Assembly: GCA_020137815.1 (NCBI GenBank) | Contig: CM035354.1 | Location: 4,154,001-4,218,000, forward strand | Source of the DNA: Hormiphora californensis | Taxonomy: Eukaryota; Animalia; Ctenophora | DNA length: 64,000 bases | Direction: 5' to 3' | Shown: in pieces, positions 17,548 through 30,003 of the stretch | Numbering within the stretch: position 1 is the stretch's first letter | Layout: each line of letters starts with the position of its first letter | Notes under the pieces: model-generated | The model's database searches: none | What the model was told of the DNA's origin: nothing | The model's input: the letters and a program-made list of their open reading frames with translations, nothing else | Translations under genes and position numbers: made by a program

Positions 17548-18843
17548 TCAAGTGTTTGTTAATAACTTTGCAATATCACAGTAACTTTGAGCGGATGGGG
17601 AAGAGGACAAGTTCTGTAAAAGTTCACCTTTGTCCAACGCCCGAGACAAGTTAGGATCAATGGGAATGGAGCCGAGATAGTTAATGTTACAGTGATCAGC
17701 CAGCTTCTTTCCACCACCCTGACCAAACAGGAGACCACAATCGGAACAGTTCGGACAGACGAACCCACTCATTGTTTCTATGATACCAAGAACATTAGCA
17801 TTGGTCTTCTTGCAGAATGTAACCTGTCGTAGCACATCCGCAGCAGCAACAGCCTGAAATACAATATGTTTACATGTTTTTTACTGGGAAGATTTATTTT
17901 AGGTGTACTTAAAAGGCAAGGAATTCAATACAGACATAAAAACCGTACACACTAGGGACCCCACACAGCATCTGCTGCAGCTAAGGGGCCCTTAAAACTT
18001 GATAGAAGGCTAGTAAATTACTGCAAACGCCTCGTATGTATCACAGATGATAAATACAACATAGAATTACAAGATCAAGTTTTTAACGGACTCCTTTGCT
18101 CTGTTGCTAGTACCTGTGGTGACGTTACCAGGACAACAGAACACCCTGGAATGCACTCCATAATTGTCATATGTTCATCAGAGGTTCCAGGAGGGGTGTC
18201 AATTAACAGGTAATCAAGTTCTCCCCAACACACATCACTCAAGAACTGTTTTATCATTGCTGTTTTCTTGGGACCACGCCAAATAACCGGGTCATCCTGG
18301 TTTTCAACAAGGTAGGAGAGAGATACAGCGGAGATACGGCCCTTGCCCAGAGGAGCACTAAGTGGTAACCATCCCTGTGCGCAGGAGTGTATTGAACCCT
18401 ATTGGAAGGAGTTTTGATATTAAATATTAAATAAAATGAAATATCATCCATTATAACACGAGGATTGTGTGTCCGATCATTCATGGTACTACCGGGGGTG
18501 GGGTACCTTAAGTCCGATCATTTTCGAAAGAGATGGCCCGCACAAGTCTGCATCTAGGACTCCGACAGAGTGACCCTGCGATGCAAGTACTCCAGCGAGT
18601 ACTGTGACAGTCGTGCTCTTCCCAACACCTCCCTTACCTAGAGAACGGTCAAAGAATCAGGCAAACTGCAAAGCAAGGGCTCCCGGATCAGCGTAAAACG
18701 GCATTTTATTTCTATAGTTAATTTCCTAAATCAAAATTGAGTTGAAATTTTTTCAAAACATTAAGTTTATTACCTGAAAGAACAGCTACAACTCGGTTTA
18801 CACCTCCAATACCTGCTGATGGGGTTTCGACCGAAGTTGCCAT
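17548..18843 (-). CDS. NUBP2: Cytosolic Fe-S cluster assembly factor NUBP2/Cfd1, 4 exons, 263 aa
   Basis: Exons 18843-18774, 18637-18507, 18398-18114, 17853-17548. [49 protein letters not shown]. It lacks the N-terminal Cys cluster of NUBP1. Confidence 0.95.
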
Positions 18844-19834
18844 GGGTATACCGTGTACTAAAAGTGGTTGATTAAAAATTGCCTTTTATCAGTTCAAATG
18901 TGCATTTCTGATAAAATGTATGCTTTGGAGTTATGCTTGAACTTTGATAATACCCCCGCTGTGGGTATTGAGGCGGTTGAGCTCGAGCAAGCCAACTTCA
19001 TCTGTTTGACTTAACTCTTTTACAGTTGCATATAATAAAGTTGGAATCGGTTGCCATACGCTAGAGTCATAATTCAAATATTTCAATGCGGGATGATAAC
19101 TGATGCTGCGCTTTTGAACAGGCACAGGAGAAAAATTTTTTTTAAACCTGAAACGAAGCAGTTTTGAGCTTCAAATTTATATCGGTGCTTGATAAAATTT
19201 GGCGCGCGGAGCTGCGCGGCACAGTTTTGTTAATTGCGCGTTGCAAAGTCGCGCGCTAAAACAATTTCAGTAAAAATTTTGTTTTCCCCACGTCCGCGTC
19301 CGCGTCGGGAGGTTTTGGGGCGCCGTTACGATCTGGGTGTTTGGAGGCCTGTTTACAGGTGCGCGCTGCCAAAAAAGTTGATTCACTAAAATGGCTCTAA
19401 CCGCCAAACCACTCAACCGTTTTGGCTGATTCAAAGTTTATCTGGTAGGGAATGTCAAGGCCTAACCCATTTCCCATTTCCCATTTCCCTGTCCTTCCTA
19501 CATCTTCATGAGACTTAGTAGAGGGATCATCCAAGCCAGAGTAGTGAGAATTTTAGGTTCTTAGTGTGTTTTTTTTCTGTTTTAAGTGTATCTTGGCCTA
19601 CGAGTTTGTGTAGAGTCTGAGTAGATGAGGTTCCAGATTGACTGAGTCTAAAGGGAGAAACGAAAGAAGAAAGAAGATCCATACATACCGTTTTAACGTT
19701 TTTACCGATAAAAAAACTATGCCATGCATGTATGGACAATAAACTATTCGTGATGCTGAACTCTATTATTACCTATTAACCGTGTGTGTCTCATCTGATA
19801 TTATGTCTGTTGTTATTATTTTGATGTTCACTTG

Positions 19835-20030
19835 TACCTGTTTGTTTATTTATTTATTTGACTGTTCTTTTGTTTGTTTGTTTGTATGTATGCTTGTTTG
19901 TTAACTTTCTTGTTTGCCTGTCTGTTTAGTGTTAACTTATTTGTTTGTTTGTTTGCTTATTTATTTGTTTGGTTGTTTGTTTGTTCGTTTTGTTTGTCTG
20001 CGGACTGTGTTGATTTGTTTGTGCACTTTT
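19835..20030. repeat. Degenerate (TTTG)n low-complexity tract
   Basis: Direct inspection. Confidence 0.8.
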
Positions 20031-20495
20031 TCAAAAGCCGTTGTATCTCAGTTATTTAATTGTGCAGTTTATGCTGATGTTATCTGCCTCATTGTATCGT
20101 GAACTAGCTTAACCCGCTTTAGGTAACCGCTGGTGCTTTCACATCAGCCTTGTAGCTTATTTTTTATATCTATTTATATTAAATATGTTTGGTGTAAGAG
20201 CGGGACAAGGTTTTAATATTTTTATATTGACTTTGTGATAAATAGTGATTAAACTTAAACTTAAACTTAACCAAACCCCAACCCTAACCCTAACCCTAAA
20301 AAACCGTTTGTCAGCACTCCCAAAACACCCAGATTTTAACGCTGGCCGAGGTTTTGCCGGAGAAGTAGGGAAGGTTTTGGAGCGAGCGGCCAGGAAGATC
20401 TGTGACAGGCACAAGGAATGTTACGCTGAAACCATGTCCTTCATTCGTGAATAGACACGATTCAGCTTACTGAGATCAACACTTGTTGCGCTTAG

Positions 20496-20669
20496 GGAGG
20501 CGAGACACTGTGTTGAGACGCACACCATTGCGACGCGCATTGCGACGCGCATTTTGGCTTTGCGACGCGCATGTGCGCGTCGCAATGCCAAAATGCGCGT
20601 CGCAAAGCCAAAATGCGCGTCGCAATGCGCGTCGCAATGGTGCGCGTCTCAACACAGTGTCTCGCCTCC
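20496..20669. mobile_element. CpG-rich palindromic MITE with internal TTGCGACGCGCA repeats
   Basis: GGAGGCGAGACACTGTGTTGAGACGC ... GCGTCTCAACACAGTGTCTCGCCTCC; almost fully self-complementary. Confidence 0.8.
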
Positions 20670-21972
20670 AGGGGCACCAAGAGACGTGTGATCCCAGTCA
20701 GAGTGGAAGATGTTGACTTTCGAGATACATGAGCAGAGAGAGGGAGAATGAGTATATGAGGGTGTGTGGGTAATTTATTGTAATTTATTGTTCCAGTTTT
20801 CCCCAAAAAATTTTCAGTAAAATTTTGGCCAAAATATTTCGGTCCTTTTTTCCGATTGTAAGTCCTTGAAAAATGAAAAGCGCTCTCTTATTCCCATTGA
20901 GCTCGTCAGAGGGTTCTGTAGCATATGCATTTTTAATTTTCTAACTACAATTCCTGATATGATATAGTCATAGAGACTTCATCCCAGGTCCCAGGACCTG
21001 GGTGCATTGGAAAGAGCCACAAGGATTTTAGTGCACCCTGGATGAAATCTCTATCTTATAAGGAACTGGAGTTATCACAGACAAAAAACTCTGTGAAAAC
21101 CAGGGGATCAAGAATAATATTTACACTCACTGACTAGCAGGCAGTGTAAAGCTCATAATTGTTGCACAGCACGCTGTTTTTAGTGTTCATCGTTGTTCAA
21201 TGAGCAATGCTCAATGAACATTGCTCATTGAGCATTGTAATTAAATTGTTTGTTTTCTCGTGGCCCTCTAAATAAATTGTTTGCTTTCTCGTGGCCCTCT
21301 TCTATAACAGTATTACATGATCACATTTCTAATTTGTTTTTTAGTTATGGTGCTGTGAATATTTTAAGACTCACGGGTGACGAAGAAAGAGGAGAGCCGT
21401 CAGCCAGTACCCGATCAGTGAAGAGGTTCGAACAATGAGAGCTGCTGAGAAAATCTACGTTTTGTCCCTCTATGCTGGAGTAGCATTTGCTTGGATTGTC
21501 GTACTCTATGCAACATATATGAAGGAAACTGAGCTTTTTTAGTAAACTCAAATTTTGACAAGTACGGATTAATGGATTTAATATTTGTTATGGTGCTGTG
21601 ATAATTCAAATGCATGCATGAAAAAAGTGAGACTATCAGATTTGTCATTAGCCGTTTTAGGTCTTTTTATTTTCGTGTCCAGGGAATCATCAGAAGAAGA
21701 GACAGAGCGATTCGGTAGAAACAAAGCAGAGCTTCAAACTGTTCATTGTTCAATTATATTTTGTTTAACACAACAAATATATGACATTCCCATCGCATGG
21801 TTATTTGTCAAAATGTTTCTTCCCTTACTCAAAAGTGAAACATAAATAGCGTCAGCAGAAAGCAAAATTTACAGCTTCACACAACGCTCTTTCTTCCTAC
21901 CTCTTTCGTAGTATGTTGTATGGGAACGTAGCAATGTAGCATAGCCACGCACAGCTGTGGTCTGTCATAGAA

Positions 21973-23004
21973 TTACTTCTTGTCATTAGCCGTCATTCCA
22001 GAAGTAGACAGTATTCCCCCTGCAGGTACATACTGCCTACTACCGGGTAACACCAACCCCCACAAAACCCTCGTTGTGACCCACGATACAACCCAAACTT
22101 ACCAAGTAGTCTGCACTGAACCTCGTTACTCCAATCTCCATCGTCTTGACAGATTATCACAGCATCTTCACCGATCAGTACATGTCTGTGTTTGCAGGTA
22201 ATGGTGATGCTGGTCCCAGGTTCCTTTGCCGTCCAGTTTCCATCAATCGATCCTTCAACAGTGAACGCAGAACACTCTGGGGAAGATGTTTAGTATGATT
22301 AGCCGGAATAAAACAGCTTTAAAATGATGAAATACCTTTTGGTGTTGCACTGTTATTATAGTAGTCAGATGCTGTGTCCATCTTGTAAAACTCGATCTTC
22401 TCCACAATATCACCACCCCACTTTGTAACACAGTTGTTATCTGAACTATCTGCGAACGGATAGTTTAGCACCTCCACATTGTTACATGTGATTCTGAGGG
22501 CAGTCTCTGTTTTTGTAATCGTCCATATCTTATCCACCTCTTCCTCCGGGGGCTGTACTGGCAGGACTTTGTAGTAATTCTGGCAATACACCATCCTATA
22601 CTCTATTGGGGTGGAGAAGAAGATATACAAAGCTCTGTATTCGCCGTTATTGTCGTACATCATCACAACAATAAAGTCATAACTTCCCGAAATAGTGTCC
22701 GTCTTTATCTGTAGAGGTGTTCCCTCTAAGTCCCAGTCGATCTTTTTTTCCCTCTCTACAGCTTCCCAGCCTGAAGGACTGAAGGTTACTTTCAAGTTAT
22801 CAATAATGTGACCGCTTTTTGATAAACTTATTAGTGGTCTGGATGATTCCTTGCTCCCGAATTAATAACTCTATTATGTATGTGTATTCAATTTAAATGT
22901 GCTATCAACTGGTAATTTTAAAGTTTTCTATAAAGTTATAACGAACCTGTTCCAGTGGCTGGTTGCCAAAAGGCCGTAAGGAAAATTATCAGAATTATTC
23001 GCAT
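21973..23004 (-). CDS. Secreted protein: signal peptide + about 145-aa unnamed beta-rich domain + Sushi/CCP domain (exons 23004-22947, 22770-22336, 22276-22103, 22019-21973)
   Basis: Signal peptide MRIILIIFLTAFWQPATG. All introns phase 1. Exon 3 reads ECSAFTVEG..PGTSITITCKHRHVLIGEDAVIICQDDGDWSNEVQC (Sushi C..C..G...C..G.W..C). Confidence 0.85.
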
Positions 23005-23098
23005 TGTCTGTTTTCTACTAAGAAAGATAGCAAACCTTCAACACAACTTGTGGAAATGAAATATTTGCTCTCTATATTCCTTATTATAGCCTATTGAC

Positions 23099-23266
23099 CG
23101 ATGGAGAGCAAGATGATTAGAGACAGGGAAACTATAATTATAATATGCAGCAGGCAGCATTCTTTATTTTCCCTATATATTATTTTCCCTATAGATTATT
23201 TTCCCTACAGATTATCTAGGGGAAATTAAGAATGCTCCCTGTCTCTCGTTATCTTGCTCTCCATCG
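23099..23266. mobile_element. Small MITE
   Basis: CGATGGAGAGCAAGATga..GAGACAGGGA ... TCCCTGTCTCtcgttATCTTGCTCTCCATCG inverted termini. Confidence 0.7.
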
Positions 23267-23624
23267 CTCAACGCTCATTGCCTCATTATCCGACAAGCAG
23301 AGAAGAGCAATAAAACACACTTTATTCGATAGTTAATATTTGTCTGTTCAGTTATATAACGAATATAATTCTTGTCAATAATCTTTCCCCGCCGACCACC
23401 CATTAGCTAACTATCTGCTACCTCCTCCTCCCATTTAGAAATGTCTCTGCTCTCTCCCTCCCAATTTAGAAATCTCTCTGCTCCCTCCCCCTCTAACTAA
23501 CTCGATCCGACCATAAACTAAACTTCAGATGCCCGTAACCCCTAAGTCCTAACAACAACAAAAAACTGTGAAATTTTGGCAAATTATATTTATACTCCCA
23601 CTAACAACACCATTATTTAGCAAT

Positions 23625-26600
23625 ATGGCTGGCGATGCAACATCAGTGTTTCTACTGATGATCAATGGACAAGTTGAGAGTGCCCAGTTCCCCCTATATG
23701 ATGATCTGTACTGTAGAATGACGGTGGTTTACGGTGCTGACTGGCTTCTCGTGTCAGGTACACAAATTCACTGAATTTCTGTCCTTTCCAAGATTTGGTA
23801 CAGAAATCAGCAGTATCTCTTCTTTGTCGGTTTTTCTTCGCAGGGCTGTAAATTATGATTTTATTTTCTCATTAGGTCTGGAGGAAGGAACGTCTCAGAT
23901 CACGAAGAAAACGAAGGATGAACATCAGAAATTTGTTTGGAACTTTCCCATTGAGGTAAAAAAGCACACAGAATTGGCTATTTCATCAAAATGTAAAATC
24001 CACGATAAAAGTTTGCAAAAATATCCGCGTCGAGCAGGGTTCGAACCTACGCGGGCAGTGCCCATCAGATTTCAAGTCTGACGCCTTAACCACTCGGCCA
24101 TCGACGCGCTGAATTTCGAGCAATTCACGGTAATATAATTCAGAGAGTTGCCACAAACTGCACACTATTTCATGTGGCGTGTTATTCTTTACTATATCTC
24201 ATGATGCGCCTCCCTCAATAGGTCACACTGAAGAGCACTAATCTGCATGGCTGGCCACGTTTAGTTATTTCCGTGTATGGACTTGACAGTTTTGGACGAG
24301 ATGTCGTGAGAGGATATGGGTGTGCCTTATTTCCTCTTACTAGTGGACATCACTCTATTAAGGTATGTACATGAGTTATGAAAACTTTATGTAAGATTTT
24401 AATCGTTATTTTTTCCCTGCCTGATGTTTTTAGCACACACGTGCTAGAAAGATCATTCAGGGTTTAGAAATCAGCAGATTGTGTAGTTAGCTAAAAGTGT
24501 CTGTCCATCGTTACACATACTAACAAAGTCTGCTCCTCCATAAATCTTTCAACTCACACTTTGTTGATGCAACAAAGGAATCGATTAACACGCATTGTGG
24601 CACGCAATTACTCGCTCGTATCACTTCCTAAATACGGGTCAATTTGAAAAACTTTTTAATAGCTAAAGTTTTAGTTTGAACGATTCTCTAGTGATATGTG
24701 GTGGTTTCAGTATTTCAAGTGCTCAAATCTAGCCGGAATATGCCTCCAAACGCGTCACAGGTCACTAATGGGTTAAGGGTACACCTGGCGTTTTTCATCA
24801 TCGAGTGCCCAACCAAATGACTTCACCAGGGTTTATGCCATACAAAATGGACCTCAAATATGCAATTTTAGCCCTAAAGTCGAATTCATATTTTTGTTAC
24901 AGCCTATTTTCAAAGTGGCGTTTTTTCAATTTTTATCGAAATTGTTTACCTCAGGACCACTTTTTTGAGATAGAAACATTAAATTATTGGAATTTGAAGA
25001 AAATATAAAGGAAAATAAGCCCAAAGAAGAATTTTTGAAATGGAGCTTATTTCTGGCCATGAGAACGGTTTACTTTTTTGCGTCTTTGACACGCTGGCTG
25101 AGAATGTTCCCATGCTTCATTAGAGATGAAAATCTGGAAATAGTTGCTAAAATTGCATATTTGAGGTCCATTTTGTATGGCCTAAACCCTGGTGAAGTCA
25201 TTTGGTTGAGCACTCGATGATGAAAAACGCCAGGTGTACCCTTAAACCTTCCAAACGTGTTGAAACTGAGATGCTATATATTAGGATTGAAGGGGTATAA
25301 TCCCCGATAAACGGGATATCCCAGATATCCCGGTTATCTAAAAAATGCCAAATATCTGGGCTACCTAATGTTTTGAATATGATCCGTTTGGTTTACTAAA
25401 ACTAATTAGAAAGTCCGTCAAAAGAAAAATGTAGGACAGAGGATTTGAATCCTAGCTGGTAACCAAGGAAAAGTATTTCATTTGAAACATAAACTGTAAA
25501 ACACGGCGGGAGTAGTTTAACATTGCAAGAAACAAAAAGAAACTATTATTATAAGAATACAACATGGTAGAGGACCTCTCAAATACACACACGTATATTA
25601 TCTACTAGCTGTCTTCCAGCTGAAGTTATTCATTGTTTTCGTTAGTACCATGATCGGCGGAAGACATGTCTTTGACTTTACTTTCAAAGTACTCCATCAT
25701 CTTGGTCAACACGTTGCTGTACAAGATGGGATTCAGAACCGAGTTGAGGGGTAGGATGTTGAGGGAGAAGATCTGGTACCACGGTGACATGTCCAAAACC
25801 TCGGTCGTGTGGAGGGCACAGCAGATCAGGAAGGGCATCCAGCAGCAGAAATCAGTGATGCAGATCAGAGAGACCTTGCGGCTTAGCGAGTTGGATCTTT
25901 GGGTACCTTGGACATGTGACCTCTCGGTAAGAATACCAATCGCTACATGGCATATAGCGACACACACGAAGCACAGGAAGTGAAAGAAAAGATAACCCCA
26001 AACGTAAACCACCTGGGGATCATCCGGGAGAACGAATGCCTTGAACATGCACACTGGGTCATTACCGTAAAAGGACAGCTTCTTACCTCTTACTGGATCA
26101 TAATCCTGGGAAAACATTTCAGAGATCATATCTTGGAATGTCCTCCAGGATATATCATTACCAGAAACACCATGTCTGGTTTCATAGCTACCATGGTAAC
26201 TCCGCAGAATCTTTAGCAACCGACTTTTGTCCATCACCCCAAGAAACAGGCCAATATCTCTTTCAAATACCAGTCCGTTAACAAACCAATCATCAAACGG
26301 TTCAAGTAACGGGAAAACAGACACTGTTAGAGATACCACAGTGACTGCTGCGAGAAGGGATCCCAACTTAACCTTCAAATCCCTCGTTACCTCATCTGAT
26401 CGGCGGTATCGAAGGGCCATGACAGTACTACGGAGCCGGAAACAGCTTATCAAAGCCATTGCAAGGGACGAGATGGTAGACCCGGTACTATTCAAAACCC
26501 CAATCACTGTGCACGGTATTCCGCTGATCCAAGCGATTTGCTCTTCACAGAAATTGGATCCATGAAACCAGTGGGATGTTGTGATAGTAAGAAGGTATAT

Positions 26601-29600
26601 AGATGTGAGGAGATCTCCATAGGAAATTGCCAAAACCATCATTTGGTTTATGTATTCACCACTCTTCTCCGATTTCTGCTTAAAGCTCTTGTGAAGTGAA
26701 CCTACGCCAAAAAGGAATCCCACGATTCCCATAGCGAGAGAAATACCCAAACTCACATTACTGCTGACGGCTTTTCTTTTGCAGTTCTCGTTACATTCAT
26801 CAGATAGGTCCTTGCAGTCAATTTTACCATCACACTTCTGGCTCAAGGCCAGGAAACCGGATTTATCGGAACACTGGAAGTTGTTCATACAATCCTCCTC
26901 ATCGGACCTGTCCAAACAGTCATCAACAAGATCACACACCTTCTCGAACACGATGCAGTTTGTGTTTTTACACACGAACAGGTTGTTGTGAAACCGGCCC
27001 TGAGACCTTAGCACAGTTGTAATTAAACCAAGCTCTAAATTGAGAGAATAGATCGGGGTTTTGAGGTTGCTACAAGTGTTATGTAGGACTGGCCTTTTCA
27101 AGGGACACCACGTGTTGTGGCAAAGCCCTGAACAGCTGTAAAACACATAAGCTTCCCCGTACAAGTACCCACAGGAGTATTTCCTAGTCGGAAGAACCAA
27201 GTTTGTAGTTAGATTGTTGCCGAAGAACTTATGGAATCGATGTTTGAAAGTACTGGATTCGCATCGTTCACCCGTTAGCAGAAGAAGAGATTCAATGCCT
27301 TTCACACAAACTGAACTTCTGAGACTTTTTCCTTTTGATGTTGTAGTTTCTAACATCTTTCTGGTTGTTTGAGGTGTACTTTTAGCCATGCGGCACACTC
27401 CTTCGCCACAATTTGCGGCGAAGGAACATAAATGCGAGGACTCCAAAAACTGTGATCTATTCTGTTTGCATATGAAGACATTGGTGCATCTGTTTGGCGA
27501 GTATTTAATTGTCCTCTTGTCGCCGTTGCCGCACGTTTGCCAGTCAGATTTCTCAGTCCTCCCCATTGAGACAGTCAGCCACTCCATCCTGGACCCAGTC
27601 CACTGGAATCCTAAGAAGCCCCTGATTCTGACTAAAACCACGAACACACCATCTCTGTGTGAGCTTTAAACACAGTTCCATCCGTTCATCTGCACCCATA
27701 GCACAGTCATCTTGTCCATTGCACAACCGATGCTTATGGATGGTGCAGTGCCGGTTGATAGTCATGCACTTTTCTTGCATGTCATCATCACACAGCTTAC
27801 CCTCTATCTCATGACAGAGGACGTAGATCGAAACAGTAGAGAGATGTACCACCTATATGGCACGAACCAGCAATCTTAGCCGGGTCTGTACAGTTTGTCT
27901 GGTCTAAACTATCATTGCAATAAGCTACACTAGTTAGCCCATGGATTAGTTTGTATGCGGTTGAGGTTAGAGGCATGAAGCACCGTGAACCGTTATACAG
28001 TGGAAATGTATCTTTTCCAAACTGTGCTACAAGAGTGATCCTGTGGAATATTTGTAACAGCTTCTTCTTTAGGACCTTCGAAATATATTTTATCGTTGAA
28101 GGGTTCTAAGTAATATTCATCACCTCGCCTAACCACTGCTCCATATTTGTATCCATCACAGTTACTCTCCTCGACACAACTCAACAAATTTTTTTTCCAG
28201 TTCCCCTCCAGCTCCACTTCATCGCAGACACCGTCACACCATCCACCCTCCTTTATCCATATCTCAACGCTTTCACCTCCAACAGTGGAAATGGTGTGCT
28301 TAACCCGAGTCTCGGCTCCTGGGCATATCTGTTAGGTAGGGTGAAACCTGTACATCATTTTCACCACTGAAACAGAGTTTTCCACACACGGGAGCCATTT
28401 GGAAGAGAGGATCTCTGTCTGCTTCTACTATTATTATGTTAGTACTGCCACGTCCGCAAGCCTGGTACTGGACGGTATCATTTGGGCACAGGCTAGTCAC
28501 GTAGGCTATTCTGGACCTCGTGTAAATGTCAGTATACAATCGTTTGTAGTAGGTAGAGGTGGAGTTAAGACAACGCATCAGAATTCCATCACTGGGTGTT
28601 CCTCCACATTGTTTCACTAGAAATCCATGATCGACTGCTACCCGGCACTCCTTGCTGCCGATTATATGTCCTCTGATAGTGGCTATCACAGCAACGAAAT
28701 ACCAAACAACGAACATGTTTTGAATTGAATTCCAGGTTTTCGCCTCAAATTTCAGCGACACCGCGAAGTTTTCAATTATTCCATTCTAAAAGTTTTATAT
28801 AGTGGAAATAGTGTCTAAAAAATCGTGACGCACCCGGGCACCGAGGCACCTTGCATTCTCGAACCATCAAAGATAACGAAACAATGCATACGATTTGCCC
28901 ATACCCGTTATGTAAGGAAGGAAACTTTTCGAGAATATAACTTTCAGCTATTTTGTCGAAGAATTTAAAATCAAGGCAGTCCGAGGCAGTAAACAAAAGG
29001 GGCGTTTGATCAACTGACACCAGATTATATATGTATGCAGTTGTTGAGAGAGCCATCTCAAATCTACAATCGAACTGGGAGCAACAAAAATAAGTTGTAA
29101 GTGTCTCCCAAAGGCTCATCTACAAAGTTCTGAGTACTCATCTACATGTTTATGGCCCACCTTGTATTAAGTTAAAAGTTCTGAGTGCTACTAAATATCC
29201 ACGTCAAGGCTTTTATCGGCGGACATTGTAGAATGGTTAACATTTCGCAATTTCAGTTTCATTGTCTATGTCCCTTCGGATATATGGCATATATATATGC
29301 GCTGGCAAGCGCAAAGGTTGCCATGATGTTATACACAAAATTAGTAGACCTTTATTATTCATATTATGCATTAATTGGCAGGGAAACACAGCATTATGAA
29401 ACATAATCCATTAATTATTCTTGTTACATTTCCCTAATCGATATAATCTGTCTCTACAATTTTAACCACCACCCATTTCTAGATCCCAATGTTTGTACCC
29501 GAGTCCACATCCCTGCTCCAAAAGTTTACAAGTTGGCTCCTGGGCACAAGACCTGAGTTTGTGGACCCCAAATTCGTTGCCCAAAGTGAGGGCCGAGAGG

Positions 29601-29710
29601 TGACCAGAGTGAGGAGCCAGGGTTCTGTTTCGATAAGCTGCAACATCATGAGCAAGGATCTAGCAAAAGCAGGATATGCAGTTAACTCGCTCCAGAAGTG
29701 CGGATCGTGA
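23625..29710 (+). CDS. B9D1: B9 domain-containing protein 1 (ciliary transition zone), 4 exons, 193 aa
   Basis: Exons 23625-23757, 23876-23955, 24222-24362, 29483-29710. [98 protein letters not shown]. Confidence 0.97.
24026..24107 (-). tRNA. tRNA-Ser(UGA), antisense in B9D1 intron 2
   Basis: 82 nt. Acceptor stem GCGTCGA/TCGACGC, D-arm TGGCCGAGTGGTTAAGGC, anticodon arm TCAGA-CTTGAAA-TCTGA, long variable arm, GGTTCGAAC T-loop, downstream T5 terminator. Confidence 0.97.
24777..25241. mobile_element. TTAA-flanked MITE with about 100-bp TIRs (Kolobok-like GG termini)
   Basis: TTAA|GGGTACACCTGGCGTTTTTCATCATCGAGTGC ... GCACTCGATGATGAAAAACGCCAGGTGTACCC|TTAA. Confidence 0.88.
25626..28716 (-). CDS. 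LDLa-repeat GPCR (GRL101-like, no evident LRRs), apparently intronless, nested antisense in B9D1 intron 3; about 5 frameshifts in the 5' half
   Basis: Signal peptide [16 protein letters not shown]. LDLa repeats [43 protein letters not shown]. 7TM with [10 protein letters not shown] and [12 protein letters not shown]. Confidence 0.85.
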
Positions 29711-30003
29711 CACTAGGGGGTTGTTTCGTGTTGTTAAATTACTACTGAACGAGAGAGATGGTGTGACTTTCGAGAGAGAGGTGCAATTGTTGTGGACCAG
29801 TGACTTGGACATTGTCAGTTATTATTTATGAAAAGGGGACATCTTTGGAGGGCGCGGGGATGATTTTATGAAAAAAGCGCGCGCGTAGGCACTGTATGTT
29901 CTATCGCGCATTGGACCGTGGGAAAATATAGTTCTCAATGTTGTGAAATGACCAATTCTTGACATGTGACGAGATGCTGGCGAAAGTGGAGTGTTCTATT
30001 ATA

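Noticed and set aside
20278-20298. (CCCTAA)3 telomere-like motif
   Set aside because: Too short to call an interstitial telomere.
24070-24076. tRNA-Sec or opal suppressor
   Set aside because: The gene is on the minus strand, so the anticodon is UGA (Ser); 7-bp acceptor stem and 82 nt are normal for tRNA-Ser.
28329-28347. 19-nt GT..AG micro-intron repairing the LDLa-GPCR frame
   Set aside because: Implausibly short; a single-base consensus insertion, as elsewhere in this gene, is simpler.
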